In this document: one piece after another, positions 23,591-39,555 of the stretch | Position numbering within the stretch: position 1 is the stretch's first letter | Layout: the number at the start of each line of letters is the position of its first letter | Source of the DNA: Octopus sinensis | Taxonomy: Eukaryota | Reading direction: 5' to 3' | Assembly (NCBI RefSeq): GCF_006345805.1 | Contig: NC_043020.1 | Location: 30,194,001-30,258,000, forward strand | Length of the DNA: 64,000 nucleotides | The notes under the pieces: model-generated | The model's input: the letters and a program-made list of their open reading frames with translations, nothing else | The model's database searches: none | What the model was told of the DNA's origin: nothing | Made by a program: the position numbers and the translations under genes

Positions 23591-24714
23591 ATCATACAGA
23601 CTCCTAGAGCTTAAAAGAACATAATGCCTTGCCCAGTCCAGGAATTGAAACCATGGTCTTATGATCATGGTTCCAATACTCTAACCACCAAGCCATCTGC
23701 CTCCACAAATTTTCTTTCTGATGTTTGAATGTTTTCAGTGTCAAGTCAGCATTTGGTTGCTTCCCAACCAAATGGTTTTGGGTTCAGTCCCATTGCATGA
23801 CACCTTCGACATGTGTCTTCTTTGGCCTTAGGCTGATCAATGCCACTATCTACTTGGAAACTATGTGGAAGCTTGTCATGTGTGTATGTATGTGTGAGTG
23901 TTTGTGTCTGTTCCTCTTGGCCTCACATGGTTGTTGTCGATGAATGTTATTCCTTTCTACTCTTCCGTGAGAACACGTCGGGGCATGAGGAAATATTACC
24001 TTGTTTGGAGACAGGTGAGGGTTGGCAACAGGAAGGGCATCCAGCTGTAGAAGATCTTCCTTAATAAACTCCATCCGACCCATGCCAGCATGACAAAGTA
24101 GATGTTAAAGCAATGGTTGCCTTCCTTCATGATTTTGTATAAGAATTTCTTGTTAAGTATGTTCCAAATGGTAATATATGACAGGTGTGGCTGTGGGGTA
24201 AGAATCTAGCTTCCCAACTACCCAGTCTCAAGTTCAGTGCCACTGTATGACACTTTGAGTAAGCGTCTTCTACTACAGCCTCGAGCTGACCAAAGCCTTG
24301 TGATGGAAACTAAAAGAAGCCTCTGTGTGTCTGTGTGTCTTGGTACCTGTGTTTGTTCCCCACTACTAATTGGTGTTGATGTGTTTATGTCGCCATAACT
24401 TAGTGGTTCAGCAAAAGAGACTGATTGAATAATTTACCAGGCTTAAAAAAAATAAAATTAAAAAATTGGAGTTGATTCACTCAACTAAAAATTCTGCAAG
24501 GTGGTGCCATGGTGCCCCAGCATGGCCGCAGATTGCAACAAGTAAAAGGATAAAAGATATGCGAATTAGTGGCCCCAGTTCTCTGGATCTATTAGATTTG
24601 TGCTGCTCGTTTCTCTGGGATTGGTCAGAAACACCTGCTGACAGGTAAATTTTCCCCGTTTGTTTGCTTTCTCTTCTTTATAGAATAACATTTTGTCTTT
24701 TCTTTGGTTTTCAG

Positions 24715-26165
24715 TTTCCCATCAAAAGGAAGACAAGAATATTGTTCTGGTCAGATCTTCTGATGATTCTTTAACAATTGAAATGAAACCCAATTCAAAT
24801 AATGTTATCTTGAAGATGAAAAACCAACAGACAAATAAAATATCAAGTTTCTTGATGGATGCCAAAAATGTTCGTTTGCAGCTTGGTAATTTTATTGGTA
24901 CACCACTTCTAACCGATTACATTCTGAATTGTATGTCTAAAATAGAGTCTGCTTCAATTCACAACTGTGACAAGGAACCATTGCCAAAAAGACCGAAACC
25001 TCTAACTTTGGCTTCAGCTTCTAACTCGAATCCGAAATTTTCAGAATTGAGAACTTGTGGTATTTCTTCTACAGCGGGTCATAGTTTTGATTCTGTTGAT
25101 GGAAGCAAAATTGTTTCAAAAGTTGGTCTTGATGCTACTGTTCATAATAATAAAAGCAGGGTCAGAGATGAGGAGAGAGAATCTACCTCTGTTGATGGTA
25201 ACAAAAGTACTTTTATAACGTTGGGCCAAGGCAACTGTAGAATGACTTCACATATTTATCCCAGTCAAGGGTTGATTAACAATGCCAAAACCAAATATCT
25301 TTCAAAGACAATTTTAACAGGGTCAAGAATAGGACAGTTCACCAATACTTCTTGTCAGATGTCTGGACTTGTAGGACAACAACCTTTAAGAAAAACATTT
25401 AGAGGGACCCAGCCAAAGACTGTTCTGGGAAGTGATGTACCCACATCAGAACCCACTGACAAAACTGTCAAGCAAAGGACCAATGCTGCAGATGTTGATG
25501 TTAACCCTGAGACAGGGGATCATTTTATCGAAGAAGACGAACAGGTGGCTATAGACATTCTCTCGACTCTACGCTACAATTGTAGCAAGCCCTATGAAAG
25601 TTCATTGGTGGCATCCTCATTGTCAGCAAATTCTGCTGATGTGAACATCACACAACAACAACAACAACACCAAACATCAAACATTAGAACCAAAACAACC
25701 ATCACCACATCTTCTAAATGCGCCAGTCCACCATTAAATCTCAGTGACACTGTAGGCTACGTGCACCCACCCGTGCGTTTTACTAGTCCACTGCATCCAT
25801 TTGCTCTTTTGCCCACATCACCACTGACCACTCCTAACAAACAGACTTTTGCTACCACCACCACCACTACTACTACTACCACTACTACCAGTATCACCAC
25901 TGCCACCACCACCACCGCCACCACAATCACCACCCCCACAACCTCATCCTCAACAGATAAACACATCCTCAGTCATAGAGATGTGCAAAGGCAAAGTGTG
26001 AAGAAAAGTGTCAGAAAGAAAAATAATAATAATAAAAACAATGAAAATGTAAAGAAAAAGAAAGGAATAAAAAGGAAACTTTATGTTGATGATGATGATG
26101 ATAAGGAGAAGGAAAAGGAGAAGAACAGGAAGGAGGGTGTAGAATCAGAGATTTCATTAAATAAG
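24715..26165 (+). CDS. NPAT: NPAT-like coding exon 11
   Basis: TTTTCAG acceptor in frame with the 565-aa ORF and AAG|GTAAG donor. Ends in a lysine-rich NLS-like segment. Confidence 0.85.
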
Positions 26166-27209
26166 GTAAGGAACAGTTTTATTGTTTTATTGGTTTCAGT
26201 GAGAAGGCTGAGGCTATACTGGAGCACTACCTTCATGGGGTTAGGGGTTGTGGTGGTGGTTGAATGCAACAAAACTTGTTTTTTATTTTTATATTTTTTT
26301 TTAAAGTTTCCATCCATCAAATCCACTGACAAGGCTCTGGTCGTTCTGAGGTTCCATGCAGTAGGACTGAACCTGGAACCACAAGCTTGAAAATCAAACC
26401 TTTCACACATGGCTTGGACAGTTTGACCGAGGACTGGTGAGCCAGATGGCTGCACCAGTCCCCAGTCGAACCGTCCAACCCATGCCAGCATGGAAAGCGG
26501 ACGTTAAATAATGATGATGATGATGGGTGGTAGATGCAGACATGCAGTTTGAAATGTTTGCTTCTGAAACTCATGGTTGCAGGTTCAGTCCCACTGCATG
26601 GAACCTCAGGTAAATGTCTTTTAATTTCACCCTCAGGACAACCAGAGCCTTTTCAGTGGATTTGGAAGACGGAAACTTAAAAAAAACCCAGTCATAGGCA
26701 CAGGAGTGGCTGTGTGGTGAGAAGCTTGCTTCCCAACTGCATGGTTCCAGGTTCAGTTCCACTGCATGGCACCTTGGGTGAGGGTCTTCTACTATAACCT
26801 CTGTGTCTGTGTTTGACCCCCACCATCGCTCGACAACTGATGTTTGTGTGTTTATGTTCCCGTAACTTAGCAGTTCAGCAAAAGAGACCAATAGAATAAG
26901 TCCTAGGGTCGATTAGTTTGACTAAAGGTGATGATGACTGAAACAAGGGAAAGAGCAAAAGATATACACTCACACACACACACACAATGCTATGAATAGT
27001 TGCATGTAAATATTGTGTTGAAAAAAATCTTTGGATCGTGAAAGGTGATGGCAGCCTTCAACTTTTTCCATCCAATATTCACTTGTTGATTACAGCTCTA
27101 TATGTGTGTGCTTTGAGATTTGCCAAAAAGGAATTTATTCATGTTCTCTTGAAAGTTTATAAAATTCTTATGATGTCAACAATATATGAGGGTGAGCTGA
27201 TTCTCTATG

Positions 27210-27475
27210 TCCTCCTCCGACCTCCACTCCCCAAATGGCACAAATGCATGGGCAGGCAGCTGAAGACCTGGGCAACGACAATAAAGGAGGACCTCTCCAA
27301 ACTCTCAAGCCTGCAGGTGGTCGGTTTGCGCAGATGGAACCGCGAATGGCTCGCTATGTCCAGTGACCTCACACGGGACCGTCGAGTGTGGGCCACCATG
27401 GTTTTTGATGCCGTTAAGGACCAGAGAAGCAATCAGCTCAGCCCGCTCCGGGTGAACGCCGTCACAAGTACAAGT
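27210..27475 (+). mobile_element. RTE-like LINE 3' fragment
   Basis: Reads GRQLKTWATTIKEDL...RRWNREWL...DRRVWA, with a CAAGTA-type tail. Confidence 0.7.
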
Positions 27476-27783
27476 GTGTGTGTGTAGGCACACAGACACA
27501 GGCGTCATCTGACAAAAGGCTAGCAGTCGGAATCTTTGAAGCCATTGTCTTCTTCAGTTTAACCATTTAGCATTTTGTTATATATAATACCTAATTATTA
27601 ATAATTATAATACTTAATTAGTCGCAATGTTTTGAAAGACCTTGATGACATGATTGTTTGATTTTAGAATGACATTGTAGGGTAGGTGTGAGAAGCTGGA
27701 CATGACCAGTTTAAATGCGAAAAAGTTGATGTTAAATTGTTGTTATATATAACTTGACATAAAAACAAACGTGTGCATGAGCT

Positions 27784-27848
<65 letters not shown>

Positions 27849-28083
27849 TTATATATATGTATATATATATATGTATATATATATAATATATATATATACA
27901 TAATATATGGTATACACATATGTTATATATATATATATATATATACATTATATTGCTTATATATACATATATATGCTTATATATACATATATATGTTTAT
28001 ATATATATATACATATATATGTTTATATATATATATACACACACATGTTTATATATACACACATGTTTATATACACACACATG

Positions 28084-28115
<32 letters not shown>

Positions 28116-28392
28116 TTGTTATATATATATATATACACACACATGTTTATATATATATATATACAACACACATGTTTATATATATATATATATACACACA
28201 CGTTTATATATATATAATATATATACACAACATGTTTATATATATATATATATACACACACATGTTTATATATATATATACACACATATGATTTATATAT
28301 ATATATACACAATAGTTTATATATATGTATATATACATATTATGTTTATATATCTACATTATATATATACATACATAATTTATATATATATC

Positions 28393-28434
<42 letters not shown>

Positions 28435-28450
28435 TATGTTTATATATATT
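27784..28450. repeat. (TA)n/(CA)n low-complexity array in the last NPAT intron
   Basis: Directly visible; recurring unit CACACATGTTTATATATAT. Confidence 0.95.
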
Positions 28451-29354
28451 TAGGTAATTAGATATTGACTATAACTGAGATTAGATTATTTGTGGGTTTA
28501 TGTTTTTTTTTAAAGCCATATTATATCTGAATAGATAAATATATTTTCTATCTATTCTTACCTTAAAAATTAATATTTAACATTATAATCGATTGTATGA
28601 CATAATCATAATCGTTAAAGTTTCTAGTTTGATAATAGAGTTATTATTTTATTTATTTCTTTAAAAAATATTGTTTAAATATATTTAATTATTTATTTAA
28701 ATAGTATCATTATCCTGAAGATTGACTATAACCATAATTCGAATTATTAATTGAATTTAAATTATTGTTATTCGAATTAGATTATGGGCATGAAACGATC
28801 ATAGTGGTTTTACTTTTTATCTTATATTAAACTTTTTAATACTCTTTGATAGTTATACATATTTATTATTTAAAAAAAATTAAGTAAATATATAATGAAA
28901 TAAATAAAAAATGAAAATATAAATATAAATAATAAATAATAAAAAATATATATATTTCTTTACTGCCCACAAGGGGCTAAACATAGAAGGGACGAACAAG
29001 GACAGACAAAGGGATTAAGTCGATTACATCGACCCCAGTGCGTAACTGGTACTTAATTTATCGACCCCGAAAGGATGAAAGGCAAAGTCGACCTCGGCGG
29101 ATTTTGAACCCAGAACACTTAACGGCAGACGAAATACGGCTAAGCATTTCGCCCGGCGTGCTAACGTTTCTGCCAGCTCGCCGCCCTTTATATAAAAAAT
29201 ATATATGTATATAAAAATATATATGTATATAAAAATTTTTTAAATTTAAATAATTTAATTTTGAATTTTATATATTATATTAATTTTATTTCTATGTATT
29301 GGTTTATGTTTTTCACTGTTTGATTTGCCTAATAGTGGTTTTATCTCTAATTTA

Positions 29355-29642
29355 GTATATATATACACATATATATATATATATACACACACACATATGT
29401 TTATATATATATATATACAAATATATGTTTACATATATATATATATATATATACAAATATGTTTACATATATATATACATGTTTATATATATATACACAT
29501 ATGTTTATATATATATACACATATGTTTATATATATACACATATATGTTTATATATATACACATGTTTATATATGTATATACACATATGTTTATATATAT
29601 GTATATACACATATCTGTTTTATATATATATATACACATGTT

Positions 29643-29673
<31 letters not shown>

Positions 29674-29759
29674 GTTTGTTATATATATGTATATACACAT
29701 ATATGTTTATATATATATATATATACACATGTTTATATATATATACACACACACACACA

Positions 29760-29790
<31 letters not shown>

Positions 29791-29806
29791 GTTTATATAT
29801 AATCAC

Positions 29807-29847
<41 letters not shown>

Positions 29848-29960
29848 TACATATACACATATACGTATGTATACATATATATACGTATATATACATATAT
29901 ATACGTATATATACATATATATACACGCACACATATATATGTTACACACGCATATATAAT
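29355..29960. repeat. (TA)n/(CA)n low-complexity array ending ~30 nt before the last NPAT exon
   Basis: Directly visible. Confidence 0.95.
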
Positions 29961-29989
29961 TAATTCCCAATTTCCTCCTTTCTTTTCAG

Positions 29990-30112
29990 TTGGACAAATC
30001 CGAGATCGACTATTTCCTCGACCACCTCCATGCGGATTCTCTGGACAGTGTCCCACCAAAATCCATTTCTTCTGCCGCTGCCTCTGACGATGATAATGAT
30101 GCTTTGAAATAA
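29990..30112 (+). CDS. NPAT: NPAT-like last coding exon
   Basis: [17 protein letters not shown] matches the conserved NPAT C-terminal motif (MDVDKFLLSLHY), the FLASH/YARP-binding tail. TAA at 30110-30112. Exon lengths sum to 5481 nt, i.e. 1826 aa plus stop. Confidence 0.9.
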   Translation: MDKSEIDYFLDHLHADSLDSVPPKSISSAAASDDDNDALK

Positions 30113-30756
30113 AAGAAAATATTTTTGTTATCAAAGTTGCTGTTCAATGAAATGTTGTATTTATTGAGAATCTTTTATTTAAAATTTCCCTGTTGTTGTT
30201 GTTGTTCCCCAAAAAGTTTTCCAGCCTTGGCCATCCTCTATGTCTTTTTTTTATTTCTCCTTATGTTTCTTCCTTCATTTTCTTCTGTGTCTTTTTTCCC
30301 TTTTTTTTTATTTAAGCTGATAGGGTGCAATTTTGAGGTACATCTGGTTGGACACAGAGGGCGTCCCCTTACTGCCTTTCTTTAATTTCATTCGTTTTCT
30401 AAATAATCCAAGTCTTATTATCCACGTTCAGCCAGAAAAATTAGTTTATAAACAAGGGAGATAACTCCATCAATTTCATTCTATGCTGTTTCCAATAATT
30501 ACCTCCCTTGCATAATGAAAGCCTGTCACGCGTAACATCGGTGCTGAGGGAAGATATGCGTCCGGTTGGAGGGGTTGGAGGGAGTGAGATATCCAAAAGA
30601 GGGACGGTGAGAGACGAGAGTATTATTAGCTCTGAGGTAACGGGTCCACGAAGGAGGATAGAAGTAATCTTGGCAAGGGGAAGACGACCGTTTAAGGTGA
30701 GTAAAGGCTGCAAAGGTTTGTCGGGAGGGAGAGTCATGGACGGAAGTCCGAGGTGA

Positions 30757-33700
30757 ATATAACCATGAATATATATACATGTGTATCTATATATACGCAT
30801 GTGTATATATGTATACACGTGTATATATGTATACACGTGTATATATGTATACACGTGTATATATATACACACGTGTATATATGTATACACACGTGTATAT
30901 ATATACACACGTGTATATATATACACACGTGTATATATATATACACACGTGTATATATATATATATACGTGTATATATATATATATACACGTGTATATAT
31001 ATATATATACACGTGTATATATATATATACACGTGTACTATATATACACACGTATTTATATATACACATGTGTAATATATAATATATACACGTGTATATA
31101 TGTGTATATGTATATACATATACAAGTATACACATACACGTGTATATATATGTATATAGACGTATATATATATGCACATGTGTGTATATATATATACACG
31201 TGTATATATATATATGCACGTGTGTATGTGTATATATGTATGTGTATATATATACATGTGTATACATATGTATATATATACATATATATATACACATATA
31301 TGCATGTGTGTATATATATATACATGTTTATATATACACATGTATGTATATATACACACGTGTATGTATATACACACGTATATATATACACACGTGTATA
31401 CATACACACGTGTATACATACAGGTATATATACATACACGTGTATGTATATATACATACACGTGTATGTATATATACATACACGTGTATGTATATATACA
31501 TACACGTGTATGTATATATACATACACGTGTATGTATTATACACATGTGTATATATATATACACGTATATATATATACACATATATATATACACGTGTGT
31601 GTATATATATACACGTGTGTATACATACACATGTGTATATATATACATATATATGTATAAATACATGTATATATATATACATATGTGTATATATATATAC
31701 ACACATGCACATATATATACACATATATATGTATATATATATATACACATATGTGTATATATGCGTATATATATACAAATGTGTATATATATACATACAA
31801 ATGTGTATATATATATATACGTGTATATACACACGTGTGTATATATATATATACACACGTGTAATATATACACACGTGTATGTATAATATACACACGTGT
31901 ATTTATATATATACACTTGTGTGTATTATACACGTGTGTGTATATAATAACACATATATATATATACACATATATATTACACAGAAGTGTATATATATGT
32001 GTATATATATATATATACACGTGTGTATATATATATATACACACGTGTGTATATACACGTATATATATATATACACATTTGTATGTATATATATACACAT
32101 TTGTATATATATATATACACATTTGTATATATATATATACACATTTGTATATATATACACATATGTGTATATATATATATACATATATGTGTATATATAT
32201 GTACACGTGTATATATATATGCATGTGTGTATATATATATACACATATGTATATATATATACATGTATTTATACATATATATGTAATATATATACACATG
32301 TGTATGTATACACATGTGTATATATATATATACGTGTATATATATATACACATGTATATATATATACGTGTAAATATATATACACACGAGTATATATATA
32401 TACATATGTATATATATATACATATGTATATACATATACACAAGTATACACATATACACGTGTATATATATATACACATGTGTATACATACACATATATA
32501 TAAATATACATAAACGTATATGTAATTATACATACACGTGTATGTATATATATATAGACGTGTGTGTATATATATGTATATACACGTGTATATATTTGCA
32601 CACATGTGTATATATATATACACGTGTACATATATATACACGTATATATATATATACTCGTGTATATATATATATATATATATGCACATATATATGTATA
32701 CATGTGTATATATTACATGTGTATATATATATACATGTGTATATATATGTGTGTACATATATGTGTATACATATATGTGTATAAATATATATACATGTGT
32801 ATACATATGTATATATATATATATACATGTATATATATATATACACACATCTATATATATACATTTATATATATACGTATGTTTATATACACATGTGTAT
32901 ATATATACACATGTGTATATATATACACATGTATATATATACATATATGTGTATATATATACACGTGTATATAGATATATACACACGTGTATAAATATAT
33001 ACACACGTGTATATATATATACACACGTGTGTATATATATACACACGTGTGTATATATATACACACATGTATATATATATACACACATGTATATATATAT
33101 ACACACACATGTATATATATACACACATGTATATATATATGCATATATATATATATGTATATATACATGTGTATGTATATATACATGTATATATATATTT
33201 ATACACATGAATATATATATATGCACATATATATGTATACACGTGTGGATATGTGTATGTGTATATATTACATGTGTATGTGTATATATATATATATACA
33301 CATGTGTATATATATACATGTGTATATATATACATGTGTATATATATACATGTGTATATACATATATATTGTATATATATATATAACATGTGTATATAAT
33401 ATACATGTATATACACATGTATATATATATTTATACCATGAATATATATATATGCACATATATATGTATACACGTGTGGATATTGGTATGTGTATATATT
33501 ACATGTGTAGTGTATATATATATATACACATTTGTATATATATACATGTGTATATATATACATGTGTTATACATATATATTGTATATATATATATACATG
33601 TGTATATATATATACATGTATATATATTGTGTATATATATACACATGTGTTATATGCACATATACATATCTACTTACACGTATATATATACACCTACGTG

Positions 33701-36048
33701 TATATATATATGTGTATATACATATACACATAGATGTATATATATATACACACGTGTGTAATATATACACGTGTGTATATATATATATATAGACATGTGT
33801 ATATATATACACACGTGTATATATATATATGTATATATATACATATACACATGTGTATATATATATATACACACACGTGTATATATATACGTGTAATATA
33901 TATATGTGTATATATATATATATATACACGTATGTGTATATATATATACACATACGTGTATATATATATACACACGTGTATATATATATACATGCGTATA
34001 TATATATACACATGTGTATATATATATATACACGTATATAAATATATATACATACACATGTGTATATATATAAGTATATGTGTATATATATACGCATGTG
34101 TATATATATACATACATACACATGTATAAATATATGTACACATATATAGATATATACCCATGTATATATACATATATATATACACATATATATATATGCA
34201 TGTGTGTATATATATATACATGTGTGTATATATATACATATGTTTATATATATATATACACGCGTATATATATATATACATGTGTGTATATATATGCATA
34301 TGTTTATATATATATACACGCGTATATATATATATACATATGTTTATATATATACACATGTGTATATATATATATACATATGTTTATATATATACACATG
34401 TGTATATATATATACACTTATATGTATATATATATATACATGTGTATATGTATACACATGTATATATATATACACGTGTATATAGATATATACACACATG
34501 TATATATATATACACACATGTATATATATAAGTGTATATATATATATATACATGTGTATTTATATACATGTGTATTTATATATGTGTATATATATATATA
34601 TACATGTGTAGTTATATATATGTGTATATATATATATATGTGTTATATATATCTGTATATATACATGTGTATATATATATATATTTTATATGTGTATATA
34701 TATATACACGTGTATATATATACACGTGTATATATATATACACATATATAATATATATATATATATACACATGTGTATAATATATATACACATGTGTATA
34801 TATTAATATACACATGTGTATATATATATATACACATGTGTATGTATATATATATATATATATATACACATGTGTATATATATATACATGTGTATGTATA
34901 CACATGTGTACACATATATATACATACACGTTTATATATATACACATGTATATATATATATACATGTATATATATATGTATATGTATACACGTATACGTG
35001 TATATATATGCATGTGTGTATATATACATACATACACATGTACATATATACACGTATATATATGTATATACACATGTACATATGTACACGTATATGTATA
35101 TATATATATACATGTATATATACACATATATATATATATATATACACATATATATATGCATGTGTGTATATATATATATATACATGTGTGTATATATATA
35201 CATATGTTTATATATATACACGCGTATATATATATACATATGTTTATATATATATACATGTGTGTATATATAGAACACGTGTATATAGAATATAACACAT
35301 GTGTATATATATACACGTGTATATAGATATATACACATGTATATATATATACGTGTATATAGATATATACACGTGTATATATATATACACACATGTATAT
35401 ATATATATACACACATATTATATATATATATACACATGTATATATATACACACACATGTATATATATGTGTATATATATATATACATGTGTATATATATA
35501 TATACATATGTGTATATATATCTGTGTATATATACATGTGTATATATACATGTGTATATACATATATATATATATATACATGCACATATATACATATACA
35601 TATATATATACATGTATATATATATACATGTGCATGTATATATATATATATATATAGACATGTGTGTATATATATATAATATATATATACACGTATATAT
35701 ATACACATGTGTATGTATATATATGCGTGTATATACAGATGTGTATATATATACGTGTATATATATACATACACGTGTATATATATATACAAACATGTGT
35801 ATATATACACATGTATATATATACACACATGCATATATATATATATATATATATATACACGTGTACATATATATACACATATACATTTATATATATACAT
35901 GTATTTATACATATATATGTATATATATATACACATGTGTATATATATATGTGTATATATATTGTATATACAGATGTGTATATATATATAATATATATTT
36001 AAATGTGTATATATATATATCTACAATGTTTATATATATATATATACA

Positions 36049-36088
<40 letters not shown>

Positions 36089-37060
36089 GTGTATATATTA
36101 TATATATATGTGTATATATATATACATGTGTATATATATTATATAACATTTATATATATACCCGTGTATATATTTATATATACATGTTTATATATACACG
36201 TGTATATATATATATACACTTGTACATATATATATATACATGTATATATATACATACATGTGCATATATATATACATGTGTATATAGATATACATACACG
36301 TGTATATAGATATATATACACGTGTATATATACACATATATGTATATATATATACATACATGTGTATATATATATACACGTGTATATATATACACACGTG
36401 TATATATATACACGTGTATATATATATACATGTGTATATATATATATTATACACATGTGTATATATATCTATATACACGGTATATATATATATATATATA
36501 TATACACGTGTATATATATATATATATATATATACACGTGTATATATATATATATACACATGTGTATATATATCTATATACACGTGTATATATATATATA
36601 TGCACATGTATATATATATATGCACATGTATGTATATATATATATACATACACGTGTGTATAATATATATATATATATACATACATGTGCATACGTATAC
36701 ATATGTATATATTTGTATACATATGTATTTATATATATATGTATACATATGTATATATATGTATACATATATATACATATGTATACATATTATATATCAT
36801 ATGTATAATATATATATATATATAATACATATTATTTATACACATATGCATACATATATATATACATAAGTATACATATATATATATATATACATATGCA
36901 TACATTAATATATATATATTTGTATACATATATATACATATATATATGTATACATGTGTATACATATGTATACATATATATACATATATATATACATATG
37001 CATACAATTATATATATACATATGTATACATATCTATATATATATGTATACGTATGTATA
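30757..37060. repeat. ~6.3-kb alternating purine-pyrimidine (TA/CA/CG) array between NPAT and MPND
   Basis: Directly visible. It is the source of dozens of spurious Y/I/T/H-rich ORFs. Confidence 0.97.
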
Positions 37061-37065
37061 AATAT

Positions 37066-37506
37066 TTGGCGAATAGTTATGCGTCGATCTTCCAAAATTG
37101 CAGCCTGAACTTGACGGACAGATACCTCATCACTGGCAGAAGGTGGGGGGGGGACCAGATCTGGGAGCTGTTTCCACAGCATTCCGAACATGTTTGAATT
37201 CACGATGCCTGTGTTTTACAAGGTCATATGATGGGGAATCATCACCATAAGTTACTTTCATTTCATCAAAAGTCTCGCGTGGTGTGCGTCCTTTCAAATA
37301 CAAAAACCGGATCACTGCTCGACACTCAACAGGCTCCATTTCACACTTGACTCAGTTCAAAAACCTGGAAATCAGAAACCACAATTAGTCAGAGCTGTAA
37401 TTTGTCACTTAATCTATGGAGATATAATAATAATTGCACATGTAAAATTTCAGCTAGATCAAACAACTGCAAGTGGGTCAGAGGCATTACTTATTGAACG
37501 TCCCTC

Positions 37507-37507
<1 letters not shown>
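37066..37507 (-). mobile_element. 5' fragment of a mariner transposon
   Basis: TA|CGAGGGACGTTCAATAAGTAATGCC TIR. N-terminal HTH reads MEPVECRAVIRFLYLKG...YGDDSPSY...APRSGPP, then [12 protein letters not shown] after a frameshift. Truncated at the TA array. Confidence 0.85.
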
Positions 37508-37538
<31 letters not shown>

Positions 37539-38198
37539 GAAAAAGTCTTTTATGTTTTGAGCCTATGCTCTTCCACTGAAAGAAACAAGGAGAGAAAAAA
37601 AAATGTGTGTAGTGGTTACCGATCTATATATATATATACACATAGATATATATGAATACTGAGAGTGAGAGAGATTGTGTCTATAAGGTGTGAAATAAGT
37701 GGGAAAATAAAGTCATCATAAATATTGCTAAATTTATTAATGGTTTTGTATTTCAAATTCCACAACATTTCTATAATAATAACATCATAGATACCATGCT
37801 ATGTCTGTTGCTAAACTGTGGGGGTCTCTCTATACATGCCATTCATTAATGTCAAATGTTATTCCACAACTCAGAGATATTGGAATGGAATATTCAATAT
37901 TATCCAACAAAATGTTCTCAATAGTTTTTTTTAACTTTTTAAAATTAATTATCATTATAATTATTATTATTATTATTTTTTTTTTTGAGAACGTGTGACA
38001 AATAAATATTCTGATCTGGTGTTGTTTCCTTGGTCTTTGAGTCACTTTTAAATACAGGAATAATAATTATGTTTTAACCCAATAGTCTTTTGAAGGATTC
38101 TTCAAATAAAGGAAAATTTATATTTTAATCTTAATCCAATCCTCTGTCAAGTTTTCGTTCCTTTTGGTGTGTGTGTGTGTGTGATGGTGTCTTTCCTT

Positions 38199-38291
38199 TC
38201 AAACACGGAGCCCCAGCAGTAAGGAACGGACAAATTCTAAAGTAGAGCTATTTTCATCTTGGTCTTGAGGCAATTTGGTCAGGAGGGACCA
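38199..38291 (-). CDS. MPND: MPND-like last coding exon
   Basis: Encodes WSLLTKLPQDQ...LLLGLRV*. GAACAG acceptor, phase 0. Candidate AATAAA on the - strand at 37733-37738. Confidence 0.85.
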   Translation of the reverse strand, partial: WSLLTKLPQDQDENSSTLEFVRSLLLGLRV

Positions 38292-39008
38292 CTGTTCAGG
38301 AAAGCAAAACAACAAAATAAATAGAATAAATAAAGCATTAATCAAAGATGGTCTCATATTATCTTCATTTAAATAATGGTTTTTAACTCTTTAGCATTCA
38401 TGTTATCCTCTCAAATGTAAATCCTTATTTATTCCCATCGTTTTGGATTAATCATGGATTATCTCATAGCCTTGAGATTTCAATGATGTGATTGTTTATT
38501 TTTAGAACGACATTGTAGGGTAGGTGTGAGAGGCTGGACCTGGCTGGTTTGAACATAAAACAAGTAGAATATTTTGGCTGGATAAGGGGCCCAGTTTAAA
38601 TGCTAAAGGGTCAAATATCAAATATAACAATTGTTTGAAATTTTAAAATAGAGACCCCCTCCCCCCCCGCCTCACTGGCTTTTGTTGTTCAACCCTTTTG
38701 TTAGTGAATTTCTGTTAGGATTTGCTGCTTTTAGGTTCAATTAATTATGGAAAATAATAAATAAATAAAATTGGTTTTTGAACTTGGATCCCTTCAAAGC
38801 ATGAATCACGTTTGATAGAATGGTGGTCGCTCTCTGTTGATTTGATATTAAATAAGTTAAACTACAACTGAGGTCCAAAGGAGCAGATGTACGAGTCAGA
38901 CAGTCCAACCACGGCTGTTCCATCATTATTCCAGGTAAGTGTATCTAGGACTACCTTATTCAATGTCTCCTCACCATTTATCAGACAGTAAATTAGTTAC
39001 TCACTCAC

Positions 39009-39101
39009 CTTTACTTTGTCTAAGTATGTCACTGATTGGTGCCAAATGCTTGAAAAACGGACAACATCCGGAGAACCTTTGTAGAAATCCACCAAAGCTT
39101 T
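39009..39101 (-). CDS. MPND: MPND-like exon
   Basis: KALVDFYKGSPDVVRFSSIWHQSVTYLDKVK resembles MPND VEFYKGSPDLVR...TYLDKLK. Confidence 0.92.
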
Positions 39102-39555
39102 CTGTGAAAATGAAAAGGAAAAAATAAAAATTATTTGGTAAAAATGAAAATTAAAAAATAATACAAATTGGAAAAAATGGCAAGCTGGCAGACTCATTAA
39201 CATCTCCCATTGGTGGTGACCCCCTTCGGTCAGACACTGACCATGCGTTTGCACCTAGAGAGTTACCCTCTGAGGCACAAGTCTGGGCAAGGTTGTTTTA
39301 TGGAAGACCAGCAGTCGCCCATGCATACCGGCCTCCCCTCTCCACGTCACCGATGTTGTCCAAGGGAAAGGCAAAGGGGCCGATACAGCTTGGCACCTGT
39401 GATGTCGCAACTCATTTCTACAGCTGAGTGAACTGGAGCAACGTGAAATAAAGTGTCTTGCTCAAGAACACAACACAAAGCCCGGTCCGGGATTCGAGCT
39501 CACAACCTCACGATCGTAAGCTCGATGCTCTAACCACTGAGCCACACGCCTTCAC

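Noticed and set aside
30509-30756. GC-richer island after NPAT with short ORFs on both strands
   Set aside because: No recognisable motif or convincing splice sites. It is probably a retroelement fragment but cannot be assigned.
27664-37108. Dozens of long Y/I/T/H/C/V-rich ORFs (up to 696 aa)
   Set aside because: These are translations of TA/CA dinucleotide arrays that lack stop codons by composition. They appear on all frames and both strands.
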